A stretch of DNA of 34,669 bases, taken from contig JBDRDK010000039.1 in assembly GCA_043820855.1 (NCBI GenBank), forward strand, positions 1 to 34,669. Direction: 5' to 3'. The DNA comes from a bacterium. GTDB lineage: Bacteria; Patescibacteriota; UBA1384; JBDRDK01. The notes under the pieces are model-generated. The model saw nothing but the letters and a program-made list of their open reading frames with translations. It had not been told where the DNA came from and did not search any database. A program made the position numbers and the translations under genes. Below, in pieces: positions 7,954 to 16,771 of the stretch. Each line of letters starts with the position of its first letter. The first letter of the stretch is position 1.

Positions 7954-8490
7954 TTATTGTTTTAAGTCAAATAGCTTTTTGATTTTTTCTTCCCCCGAAA
8001 TATTCGAGCTTTCAATAAATACTAGTTCTTCCGTCACTGCTTTATCGAAAAGGTCTGCTAAATCTTCAAAATTGATTTTATACGGTATAATCCAAATGCT
8101 TTTTTGTAATTGCTTAAAACCTAAATAAAATAAATATTCTCTTAACTGTTTTCTGCTGTTTCTTTTTGTTTCTGGAATATCAAATGCGATAATTCTCCAC
8201 TTCCCATCCCATTTTGGCGACTTATATTGTAATTTTCCTGAACTAGCTTTTAATAATTCAAGTTTACCTTTAAGGGTTAGATAAAATTTATCTTTTTTTT
8301 GAATGATTAGTTCTTTTTTAATTAAATCTTTGAAGGAGCGCCTATAGCTTGATTCGAATTTAAATTTTGGCTTAACTCGATATCCTTTATAGGGATAAGT
8401 TATAATATCTTCAAAAAAATCTATTCCATCTATAAATTTATTCGTTAGTTCTTCTGCCAAATAATATAAGATCTTATTTTTACTTTTCAT
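7954..8490 (-). CDS. PaaX-like protein: wHTH plus Cas2-like/PaaX middle domain
   Basis: LIKKELI..FYLTLKG winged helix, then WDGKWRIIAFDIPE..R..LR..L..LGF.QLQKSIWI. Confidence 0.85.
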   Translation of the reverse strand: MKSKNKILYYLAEELTNKFIDGIDFFEDIITYPYKGYRVKPKFKFESSYRRSFKDLIKKELIIQKKDKFYLTLKGKLELLKASSGKLQYKSPKWDGKWRIIAFDIPETKRNSRKQLREYLFYLGFKQLQKSIWIIPYKINFEDLADLFDKAVTEELVFIESSNISGEEKIKKLFDLKQ

Positions 8491-8491
8491 G

Positions 8492-8533
8492 TTTATTTGT
8501 ATTCTTATCTGTTTTATTTGTATTCTTATCTGT
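8492..8533. repeat. 21-bp perfect tandem duplication in the PaaX-like leader
   Basis: tttatttgtattcttatctgt x2. Confidence 0.85.
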
Positions 8534-8570
8534 ATTCTAACACAAAAAGAACGATCGGTCTATACGTGTT
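8533..8570. repeat. 38-bp direct repeat, copy 2; overlaps the putative PaaX-like promoter
   Basis: tattctaacacaaaaagaacgatcggtctatacgtgtt; the minus strand gives TGtTAGAAT at 8534-8542. Confidence 0.92.
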
Positions 8571-8655
8571 AACTGTATGCTGTAAACTGTATAACGAATG
8601 ATTATTGTAATAATTTAAGATATTATAGATATTATAGAATAGACAGATTTGTTTA

Positions 8656-8664
8656 TGTTATAAT
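8656..8664 (+). promoter_or_regulatory. Extended -10 promoter of the T4SS-like operon
   Basis: TGtTATAAT ~90 nt upstream of ATG 8757. Confidence 0.6.
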
Positions 8665-8709
8665 TAAAACAAATCCACCGTGTGTGGCAGATATTGGAAT
8701 TTAACCAGC

Positions 8710-8746
8710 GTCCCGCTGAGCGGGACTTCCCGAGCTAGACTCGGGA
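8710..8746. repeat. Two adjacent GC-rich hairpins (REP-like) in the operon leader
   Basis: gtcccgc-tga-gcgggac and tcccgag-ctaga-ctcggga. Confidence 0.75.
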
Positions 8747-8756
8747 GTGAGGGGCG

Positions 8757-10220
8757 ATGAAAATAAAAAAACCAATTGTATATTACTTTATATTAAGTAT
8801 TATTTTTGTACTAGTCTTTAATCTTTTCTACTTCCAACCCTTAGAAGTTCGTGCTCTAGAAGGATGGCAAGATATTCGCTGTGATGAGCAAATTGATCAA
8901 TTCTCTTATGAAAACGCAGAATGTACTATACCGGTAAAATTTAGAGATCCAGAACAAGTTTCATTTCCAGATACTTGGAAACCAACAGTGAATGACTACG
9001 TTGGCGGAGGAACATTATTATTACCAGAAAGATTAAAAATCAGGACATCTTTAATGTGGAGGATATTTACTACAGATTTAATGAAGAATCTAGACGAAAA
9101 AATCCATGAAGCCAACTCTCTACCCATTGGTCTGAAGCTTTGTGCCCATGGATTTGAATACAAATTATCAGACGTATATTACAAGGTGTCTATTAACATC
9201 AACATTCTAGTCCCCGATGAAACTGCTGACGACCAAGGCTATGTATCTCCTACGGGTAATTATTACAGAAAGATATTTGAAGATAGCGGTAATACATATA
9301 TGAAGTTTTCTAATGAAGGTAGTATTTTAGATTGGGATACTTGGTTTAATATTTTCGAAACAGACAAAGATGCAGATGATTCGAACATCCAGTCGGACCC
9401 AACAACTCAAGAATTATGGCAAGAATTTAAAATTCCTAGAAATGCTCAACAAACAGATTATGTTGGAAATGGCGACCCATTATTATTTGCAAACTTTGAA
9501 GTACATGCTTTAGATGACATCAACTGTACCGGTTCAGACTGGAATTTTTTCCATGATGACATTATAGGTAACGGGATTATAGGTTCTGGCCCTATAAATC
9601 TTGGTGAAAGAAGTGAAAACACGATTCAAGCTCCAGGAATATCGTTGGAAATAAAGGATAAAAATACTGGTGAATTTAAGCCATTAAATGTAGGAGAAAA
9701 TCAAGGAGAATTTGCTAAGGAAATCAAAGTAAAGTTTACTCCGCTCGCAAATCAAGCAATTACTAACTATAGGCTGTGGTGGGAAAATGAAAGTTCTACT
9801 TCAGAACTACCAGAAGGAATTCATCATCCAACTAACCCGGAATATGTACTATACAAACAATCAACTCCTACAGTAAATCAGTTTACTGAGGAAAACAGTA
9901 AATATACAGCGATCTTTAATGAGGATTTTGAACTCCCTAACCAGGTTTGTTTCTTGCTTGACTTTGTCCCACCTGAAGCAGATCAAAGAGCGTCACCTTC
10001 TACCAGATGTGTCAGATACAATGATGATGGCACGGTATTAACATATTCACCTGGATACGATTCGCCAATAGGTGACCCGGGTGGGACTTTTGAAGATAGA
10101 TCGTGCAACCTCATAGACGGACCTATTGAATATGTAGTGTGTTTATTAGCCCAATTTGCCATTAATTTAATGGAAGTAGCAATTCAAGGTATTTTAATGC
10201 CAGCAATAATTGCTTCTTAA
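8757..10220 (+). CDS. Exported/membrane hypothetical protein, first gene of the T4SS-like operon
   Basis: N-terminal signal/TM, acidic extracellular region with paired Cys, hydrophobic C-terminus. Confidence 0.7.
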   Translation: MKIKKPIVYYFILSIIFVLVFNLFYFQPLEVRALEGWQDIRCDEQIDQFSYENAECTIPVKFRDPEQVSFPDTWKPTVNDYVGGGTLLLPERLKIRTSLMWRIFTTDLMKNLDEKIHEANSLPIGLKLCAHGFEYKLSDVYYKVSININILVPDETADDQGYVSPTGNYYRKIFEDSGNTYMKFSNEGSILDWDTWFNIFETDKDADDSNIQSDPTTQELWQEFKIPRNAQQTDYVGNGDPLLFANFEVHALDDINCTGSDWNFFHDDIIGNGIIGSGPINLGERSENTIQAPGISLEIKDKNTGEFKPLNVGENQGEFAKEIKVKFTPLANQAITNYRLWWENESSTSELPEGIHHPTNPEYVLYKQSTPTVNQFTEENSKYTAIFNEDFELPNQVCFLLDFVPPEADQRASPSTRCVRYNDDGTVLTYSPGYDSPIGDPGGTFEDRSCNLIDGPIEYVVCLLAQFAINLMEVAIQGILMPAIIAS

Positions 10221-10262
10221 ATATTCTAATGATTAAAATCAAATTTTTAAATATTTAAATGT

Positions 10263-12902
10263 ATGGTCAAACTGCGGTTTCTTAAATTCTCAATAGTATT
10301 CGGTGGATTGATTCTGCTCTTTTTGATTTTTACTCCAATCAAGATCAAACCAGCTTTTGAATCTAATTTAAATAATCAATTAACGTCTGAATTTACTTCT
10401 GTATCAAGTGTCAATATTGAGGTTAACAAAGCCCAAGCTGATGATGTTCGCCTAAGAGACCGAATTGATCCAAATTCAAGTAATTACAATTCAAATCACT
10501 ATATTATAAATGTTTGGCGGACAATGCGAGGCTTAATAAACTCAGCTTTGGTTATTGTTTTGCTTCTTGCGGCTTTTGCAAATATACTGCATATCAATAT
10601 TGACACTTATACAATCAAAAAAGTTCTACCAGCAATGGTTCTCGGAGTAATTCTGGCAAACTTTAGCTTATTTATCTGCAGGATGTTTTTAGATGTAGCA
10701 GATGTAGTCAGCACCACTTTTTTGCAGGCAGATATTACTGATGCTGCTGGGTCGGCTGTGGAATTTGGCAATAAAATCGAAGTTATGCTCGGCTTTGATA
10801 AAATAAGCTTCGACGATCTCAAGAGTGGTGGAGCTATATTGACTATAATTGGCGGTACAGTTGCGGCAACGGGTTGGGCCACAATAGGAATCGGTCTTCT
10901 TTTTGGAATTTTAATTTTTATACTTGGTCCTGTACTTATCATTTTTTTACTCGCTATGCTTTTTTGGGCCAGGGGGGCGTTCCTGCAATTTCTTATTATG
11001 ATTTCTCCGCTGGCTTTCTTTCTTCTTGCTTTTCCATTTACCCAACAATTGTTCAAAAAATGGTGGTCAACATGGTTAAATTGGGTTTTTATGAAACCAG
11101 TTGTTTTTGCGTTGTTGTGGATGGGCAGTGAGATTGGTAAACAAACACAGAGTACGGGCGCTAATCTCCTCTCCTGGGTAATGGGCGTTACTCTCCTGGT
11201 TATGTCAGTTATGGTACCTTTTAAGCTCGGTGGAATAGTTGGTTCAGCATTGTCTGGTTTTGGCGATAAGGTAGGAAAATGGGGATTGGGATTAGCAGGT
11301 AGAAAAATCGCCACAACGGCTAAATCTGATTGGACAAAAACTGCTGAAAAGCAAGAAAAATTTGCACAACTAAGAGATGACTTTAAAGAATATCAAGACC
11401 TGAAAGCAAAAGAATCAGACCTGCAAGCAAAATATGACGATGATACAGCAACGGATGAAGAAGTTGATCAACTTGCAAAATTAGAAGAACTAGAAAAAGA
11501 CCCACCAAGACCGCCTGGACTAGGAGCACGCTGGGGTGCATTTGGTCCTGGGGCTGGAGGTCTTGCTACTACAGATTGGTTGCGTAGAACAAAACAAACA
11601 GAACAAGGGGTACAAGAAGCTTGGGAAAAAGCCCAGATGACTCGATCTTCCATAGAAGGAAACAAAGCATTAATTCGGGATGATGCTGCTGGAAAATTAG
11701 AAAGATTAAAAGATTTAGAAAAGAAAAAAGTAAAATTAGCAAAAACAGGCAACTCGCTGTCAACAAAAGAAGGAGTAGAACTAAATGATTTGAGAGCACA
11801 GAGACAAGAATTACTAAGTGCTAGTCCAAAAGCTCTTGACAAAATTCAAAAAAGAATTATTAAAAAAAGGATTGAGGTTAATGGATACGAAGAGGCAAAA
11901 TATGCAACTGCTGAATCTGCAATGGACTTTTTTGAAAAAAACAAAACCGCTGTAGCAAATTTTAAAGCAGGTAGGGGTTATAAAAATACCGCTCACCAGA
12001 ACTGGCAATTGGAAATATTTACCGAGGAAATGAGAACGGATCTGAATAAAGTGGGGTCATCAGGAGATTATCAAAACGGGGTAGCGAAAGCTCATGCCTA
12101 TGGAATCAAACATACCGGGGACTTAACAACAATGGGAATAACAAAAGAAGATTTAAAACCAGAAAATAGGCAGAGGTTTCTGGATAAGGCGATGCGTATG
12201 ACCCGATACAACAAACAAATTTTTGGTGCACAAGTTGCTAATTCTGCAAAAGCTTCTCATAGAATGTCAGACCGGCCCTTCAAGGGAGCATTGGAATTTG
12301 GAAAAGAGGAAATCGATATTTCGGGGCCTGGAGTAACAGTTCGTACGGATCCTAGTGGAAAAGTTAGAGTTGAAGGTTCTACTGAAGCTGTTTCTGAAAT
12401 GGCTCGAAAAGCAGAGGCAGGGGTAGAAACAGAGGGTCAAAAATTACAAGAAGAAATCACTGGAACTATGGAGGGTACAAGTATTGACGTTGATATAGAT
12501 ACAGAGTTATTTGGTAAAATAACTGTGAGCGCTAAAAATCCTCGAATAGATGATGAACAAGCTGTTGAAAACTTTATGAAAACAGTAAAAACAGAATTAG
12601 AAAGAACAGGCCGGACAATAAGTGGAGAGCAGGAAACAGATTTAAGGAGACTTGCAACAAAAAGAGTGCAAAGAGCTCGCGTGTACAAAAAACATCATGA
12701 AGCTGGTAGAGAGTCTGTTCACGAACAACAAACCCAACGCTTTGAAGCTGAAATAGCAAAGGAGCTCGAGATAACAGCAAGGGAACATCCGGATACAAGA
12801 CAACAAGCCACCAAAAGAGTTCTTGATGATGGGGACGATGAATGGGGGGAGATACTCGTTGAAGGTGATGACGAAGAAGACATAGATTTCTCATTAGACT
12901 AA
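10263..12902 (+). CDS. VirB6/TrbL-like polytopic membrane protein with a long charged C-terminal tail
   Basis: W..MR.L.N...V.LL..AFANI...IKKVLP......NFS; R...LQFL...SPLAF....FP......KWW; several TM helices; lies upstream of PrgI/VirB4. Confidence 0.78.
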   Translation: MVKLRFLKFSIVFGGLILLFLIFTPIKIKPAFESNLNNQLTSEFTSVSSVNIEVNKAQADDVRLRDRIDPNSSNYNSNHYIINVWRTMRGLINSALVIVLLLAAFANILHINIDTYTIKKVLPAMVLGVILANFSLFICRMFLDVADVVSTTFLQADITDAAGSAVEFGNKIEVMLGFDKISFDDLKSGGAILTIIGGTVAATGWATIGIGLLFGILIFILGPVLIIFLLAMLFWARGAFLQFLIMISPLAFFLLAFPFTQQLFKKWWSTWLNWVFMKPVVFALLWMGSEIGKQTQSTGANLLSWVMGVTLLVMSVMVPFKLGGIVGSALSGFGDKVGKWGLGLAGRKIATTAKSDWTKTAEKQEKFAQLRDDFKEYQDLKAKESDLQAKYDDDTATDEEVDQLAKLEELEKDPPRPPGLGARWGAFGPGAGGLATTDWLRRTKQTEQGVQEAWEKAQMTRSSIEGNKALIRDDAAGKLERLKDLEKKKVKLAKTGNSLSTKEGVELNDLRAQRQELLSASPKALDKIQKRIIKKRIEVNGYEEAKYATAESAMDFFEKNKTAVANFKAGRGYKNTAHQNWQLEIFTEEMRTDLNKVGSSGDYQNGVAKAHAYGIKHTGDLTTMGITKEDLKPENRQRFLDKAMRMTRYNKQIFGAQVANSAKASHRMSDRPFKGALEFGKEEIDISGPGVTVRTDPSGKVRVEGSTEAVSEMARKAEAGVETEGQKLQEEITGTMEGTSIDVDIDTELFGKITVSAKNPRIDDEQAVENFMKTVKTELERTGRTISGEQETDLRRLATKRVQRARVYKKHHEAGRESVHEQQTQRFEAEIAKELEITAREHPDTRQQATKRVLDDGDDEWGEILVEGDDEEDIDFSLD

Positions 12903-12938
12903 ACACGACATAATTAAAATATTAAATTAATTTATAAA

Positions 12939-13628
12939 ATGACAACAGAAAAATTTGTTAAAATCCAAAAAAAACTTGCTCAATTATCAAGAATTCCTCT
13001 TTCAGAAATAAAAAGGAAATTTCCAGATTTCCGTAGCTCAAAAGAAAAAATCAAAAAATTTATAAAAGAACATCGTGAAGCTATCCGTAATTTAAATCAA
13101 AAAGAAATTATTGAAGAAATAAGTCAAGCTGATCCGGAAAATATTAAAAATGTCCTGGATGCTGCATCTAAAAAATATTTTGCCAAGAAATTTCGGACAA
13201 CCATGGAAAGACCGGAATTTGAAAGACAAATAAATATTCTTAATTCAGAAAATCCCGATCTTATTCAAGGATTTATCAAAACAGGTGCAGAATCTGAGGT
13301 AATTATTAATACAAATACATCTTGGTTAAGAAAAATTTTTCATCATATTACCCGCAACTATGAGATTACTGGGGAAAGTCAGGCTGAAGATATGTTCAAA
13401 AAGTTTTTAATTGAAAAAAAAGATGAAATCGCTACTGTTTTGCGGGTCCATCTAAAACTATATAACAAAAAAGGTTCACCATTTCGGGGAAAGCTTTATG
13501 AAATCTTTGAGCCCCAGGCTTTTGACCGCCAGATGACTAATTTAATTATTGAGGCAGTCAAATCTTACAAGAAAACTTCTGAAGCCTTACCGCAAACCAG
13601 CAATCAAGGTCAAACACCAAGTGGCTAA
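12939..13628 (+). CDS. Hypothetical soluble protein in the T4SS-like operon
   Basis: 229-aa ORF, co-oriented with the operon, no recognised motif. Confidence 0.65.
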   Translation: MTTEKFVKIQKKLAQLSRIPLSEIKRKFPDFRSSKEKIKKFIKEHREAIRNLNQKEIIEEISQADPENIKNVLDAASKKYFAKKFRTTMERPEFERQINILNSENPDLIQGFIKTGAESEVIINTNTSWLRKIFHHITRNYEITGESQAEDMFKKFLIEKKDEIATVLRVHLKLYNKKGSPFRGKLYEIFEPQAFDRQMTNLIIEAVKSYKKTSEALPQTSNQGQTPSG

Positions 13629-13640
13629 TGAAAGCTTACC

Positions 13641-13710
13641 GAGTTATTGGTTATTAGTAACTAGTTATTAGAAACAAAATACGAGTTCAAGTGGCCAAGT
13701 TATTGAGTAC
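13641..13710. repeat. Degenerate heptamer array
   Basis: gagttat/tggttat/tagtaac/tagttat/tagaaac, followed by caagttat/tgagtaca. Confidence 0.7.
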
Positions 13711-13739
13711 AAATAATTGAAAATTTAATTTAAAACACC

Positions 13740-14303
13740 GTGCAATTTCAAGTACCACAAAATATCGATATGGAAGATAAAATAGTAGGTCCGCTAACTA
13801 TGAAAAATTTTTTGATATTATTATTTGGTGGCATGTTTGTATATGTAATTTTTTTACTGCCGTTACCTAGGGCTGTAAGTATTGTAATTGCTGTCCCGAT
13901 CATAATAGCATTATTACTTGTATCTTTTATTAAGATACAAGACCAGTCATTCCCAAAGTTTTTTACAAGTTTAGTGTATTTTTGGCTTCGTCCAAAAAAA
14001 AGAGTGTGGAGTCAAAAAGATATATTACCTGAAATAAAAATCAAAGATAAGCCCAAAAAAGAAGAGATACATATATCAAAACAAGTTAGTAGCCAAGCCA
14101 TACAAAAGCTCGCTGAAATCGTTGATACCAAAGGATGGAAACCTATCAGCAGTGAAAATTCCGAACAAGAACCATTAAACATATCTAATCGAGTTAAATC
14201 TAGTGAAGAAACCAACGTTCCTCAAGCAAAAATAGAAAACAAAAACATTGAAGATGTTTTTGATGACAAAAATTTAAAGGAGGGTAGTGAACAAGCGAGA
14301 TAA
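13740..14303 (+). CDS. PrgI-family (VirB3-like) protein
   Basis: QFQVPQNIDMEDKIVGPLTMK, two TM helices, RPKKRVW. Confidence 0.9.
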   Translation: MQFQVPQNIDMEDKIVGPLTMKNFLILLFGGMFVYVIFLLPLPRAVSIVIAVPIIIALLLVSFIKIQDQSFPKFFTSLVYFWLRPKKRVWSQKDILPEIKIKDKPKKEEIHISKQVSSQAIQKLAEIVDTKGWKPISSENSEQEPLNISNRVKSSEETNVPQAKIENKNIEDVFDDKNLKEGSEQAR

Positions 14304-15012
14304 AACTGACAAACCAAAGGCAACACCTAGTACGCAAGCCCATCTACCTATTGCAGAAATAGTTAATGGTACTGTTATTATGAAAGACGGTTCATTGCGC
14401 ATGGTGCTTATGGTTGCTGCAGTAAATTTTGACTTAAAGAGCGAGAAAGAACAGGATGCATTAATAATAGGATTTCAAAGGTTTTTGAATTCTTTGGAAT
14501 TCCCTATACAGATAGTTATGCAGTCTAGAAAAATTAACTTAAATCAATATATAAAGAGTTTGGAAAAAAGAAGAGATGAAGCTCGCAATGAACTTATTGT
14601 CGCTCAAATAGAAAATTACACCGCTTTTCTGATTAAATTATTATCAGTAGCAAATATAATGACGAAAAAGTTTTATCTAGTAGTAACTTATATACCTCCT
14701 GTGTTGAAAAAAGAATCGATTGTTGCTGAGTTTTTACAAGGAGTGGGCAGACAAGTTCCAAAAGTTGAGATCACAAACTTCAACGAGTACTACAAGGAGT
14801 TATCTCAAAGAACTCGACTGGTAGCCTCAGGGCTAAATCCGCTCGGCTTAAGAGCGATTCAACTAAACACCCAAGAATTAACTGAACTATATTACAACAC
14901 ATACAATCCAGATACCTCTATGCTTGAAGAATTGACAGATACAAAAAATATTACAACCCAACAATTATCAAAAATAAAATCAGATCAAAACAATGCCAAT
15001 AACAAACAATAA
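14287..15012 (+). CDS. TraC/VirB4 N-terminal-like T4SS protein (no P-loop)
   Basis: TQAHLPIAEI..G...MKDG, VNFDLKSEKEQ, FLNSLEFPIQI, ELYYNTYNP; SD AAGGAGG before GTG. Confidence 0.8.
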   Translation: MNKRDKTDKPKATPSTQAHLPIAEIVNGTVIMKDGSLRMVLMVAAVNFDLKSEKEQDALIIGFQRFLNSLEFPIQIVMQSRKINLNQYIKSLEKRRDEARNELIVAQIENYTAFLIKLLSVANIMTKKFYLVVTYIPPVLKKESIVAEFLQGVGRQVPKVEITNFNEYYKELSQRTRLVASGLNPLGLRAIQLNTQELTELYYNTYNPDTSMLEELTDTKNITTQQLSKIKSDQNNANNKQ

Positions 15013-16762
15013 AAAAATGTTGAGTCGTGAACAAGGAGAAACCACCATACTGGACATTATCGCTCCTTCTGATTTAGTAGTAAGCCCCAATTATCTACAG
15101 CTAAATAAATACTATGTGCGTACAATATTTGTGTACACATATCCAAGATATTTATATACGAATTGGCTGTCTTCAATAATTACTTATGATATCCCGCTTG
15201 ATGTGGGGATGTATATATATCCCGTAGAATCAAAAGCTGCAATGTATAATTTACGTACAAAAATCGGCCAACTAGAAGCAAGCCACAGAATCCAACAAGA
15301 AAAAGGACTGGTATCTGACCCAGAGCTTGAAACCGCTATCCAAGACGTAGAACAGCTCCGTTACACATTGCAAAAAGGTGAGCTTAAACTTTTCAGATTT
15401 AGTCTGTATTTCACCATATATGGGTCTAGCGTAGAAGAACTAGATACTGTCACAAAACAAATGGAATCTATACTAGGCGGTAAAATGATTTATAGTAAAG
15501 AAGCTTTATTGCAAATGGAACAAGGGTTTACTTCAACTGTACCTGTGTTTTTAGATGAATTAACAGTTACCCGCAATCTCGATACTGGTTCAATGTCTTC
15601 AGTCTTCCCATTTACTTCATCAGAGCTTACCAGTAATTCCGGGATATTGTATGGAATCAACAGACACAACAACAGCTTGGTACTGTTCGATAGGTTTAGC
15701 TTAGAAAATCCCAATATGGTTGTGTTTGCAAAGTCAGGTTCAGGAAAGTCCTACGCTGTAAAACTAGAGATACTTCGATATTTAATGTTTGATACTGATG
15801 TAATGGTTATAGATCCTGAAAATGAATACAAAGACTTATGTGAAGAAGTTGGGGGAAGTTTTATTAATCTAAGTATTAAATCTGATCACAAAATCAACCC
15901 CCTTGATCTGCCTCGTGTCACCAACAAAGATGAAGATCACGAGGGATTACTCCGAGAAAAAGTAATTCTTCTTCATGGCTTAATGCGATTAATGCTCGGG
16001 AGAATGACCCCAGAAGAAGATTCGATACTAGACAAGGCACTATTTGAAACTTATGCGCTCAAAGATATTACTCAAGACCCATCAACTTTTTCTAACCCTG
16101 CTCCGGTATTGGGTGATTTGCACAGTGTACTGGAAAATATGCGAGGCGCAGAAAAATTAGTATTAAGGTTATCGAAATTTACAGAGGGCACTTTTTCCGG
16201 ACTATTAAACAATCCGACTAATTTAAATTTTGATAAAGGTTTTATAGTTTTTTCTATCCGTGACCTCGAAGACGAACTTCGACCTATAGCTATGTATATG
16301 ATGTTGTCTCATATATGGGACAAGGTACGCTCTAATTTACGAAAACGTATACTAGTTATCGACGAGGCGTGGTGGATGATGCAATACGAAGATAGTGCGA
16401 AATTTCTGTACGGTATAGCAAAACGGAGCAGAAAATATTATCTTGGCTTAACAGTAATTAGCCAAGACGTGGAAGACTTTCTGACATCTCGCTATGGTCG
16501 GAGTGTGGTTGCGAACTCTAGCTTACAACTATTACTCAAACAAGCACCTTCAGCAATTGATAATGTAGCCGAAGTATTTCATCTTACAGAAGGAGAAAAA
16601 TTCTTATTACTCAATAGTGATATAGGCGAAGGATTGTTTTTCGCAGGTTTAAACCATGTAGCGATTAAAATCCTTGCATCACCCGAAGAACACATATTTA
16701 TCACTTCCAACCCTCAGGAGATATTAGAGATTCAGGAAGCGAAAAACATTACTAATAAATAA
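14993..16762 (+). CDS. virB4: VirB4-like type IV secretion ATPase
   Basis: Walker A AKSGSGKS, VIDPENEY, INPLD, Walker B LVIDEAW, KRSRKY, SQDVEDF, GEGLFF. Confidence 0.9.
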   Translation: MPITNNKKMLSREQGETTILDIIAPSDLVVSPNYLQLNKYYVRTIFVYTYPRYLYTNWLSSIITYDIPLDVGMYIYPVESKAAMYNLRTKIGQLEASHRIQQEKGLVSDPELETAIQDVEQLRYTLQKGELKLFRFSLYFTIYGSSVEELDTVTKQMESILGGKMIYSKEALLQMEQGFTSTVPVFLDELTVTRNLDTGSMSSVFPFTSSELTSNSGILYGINRHNNSLVLFDRFSLENPNMVVFAKSGSGKSYAVKLEILRYLMFDTDVMVIDPENEYKDLCEEVGGSFINLSIKSDHKINPLDLPRVTNKDEDHEGLLREKVILLHGLMRLMLGRMTPEEDSILDKALFETYALKDITQDPSTFSNPAPVLGDLHSVLENMRGAEKLVLRLSKFTEGTFSGLLNNPTNLNFDKGFIVFSIRDLEDELRPIAMYMMLSHIWDKVRSNLRKRILVIDEAWWMMQYEDSAKFLYGIAKRSRKYYLGLTVISQDVEDFLTSRYGRSVVANSSLQLLLKQAPSAIDNVAEVFHLTEGEKFLLLNSDIGEGLFFAGLNHVAIKILASPEEHIFITSNPQEILEIQEAKNITNK

Positions 16763-16771
16763 TTCGACTCT

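Noticed and set aside
7905-8570. CRISPR array with cas2
   Set aside because: Only two repeats separated by a whole gene; no cas1 or spacers; the protein has a wHTH-PaaX architecture.
8571-8638. Short repeats (aactgta/tgctgta/aactgta; agatattat x2)
   Set aside because: Too short and AT-rich to interpret, though possibly another heptamer remnant.
9966-9990. PPEADQ peptide as a decayed REP insertion
   Set aside because: The DNA (ccacctgaagcagat) is not palindromic, so it may be coincidence.
10607-11314. 235-aa minus-strand ORF
   Set aside because: Antisense to the TM region of the VirB6-like gene; no motif.
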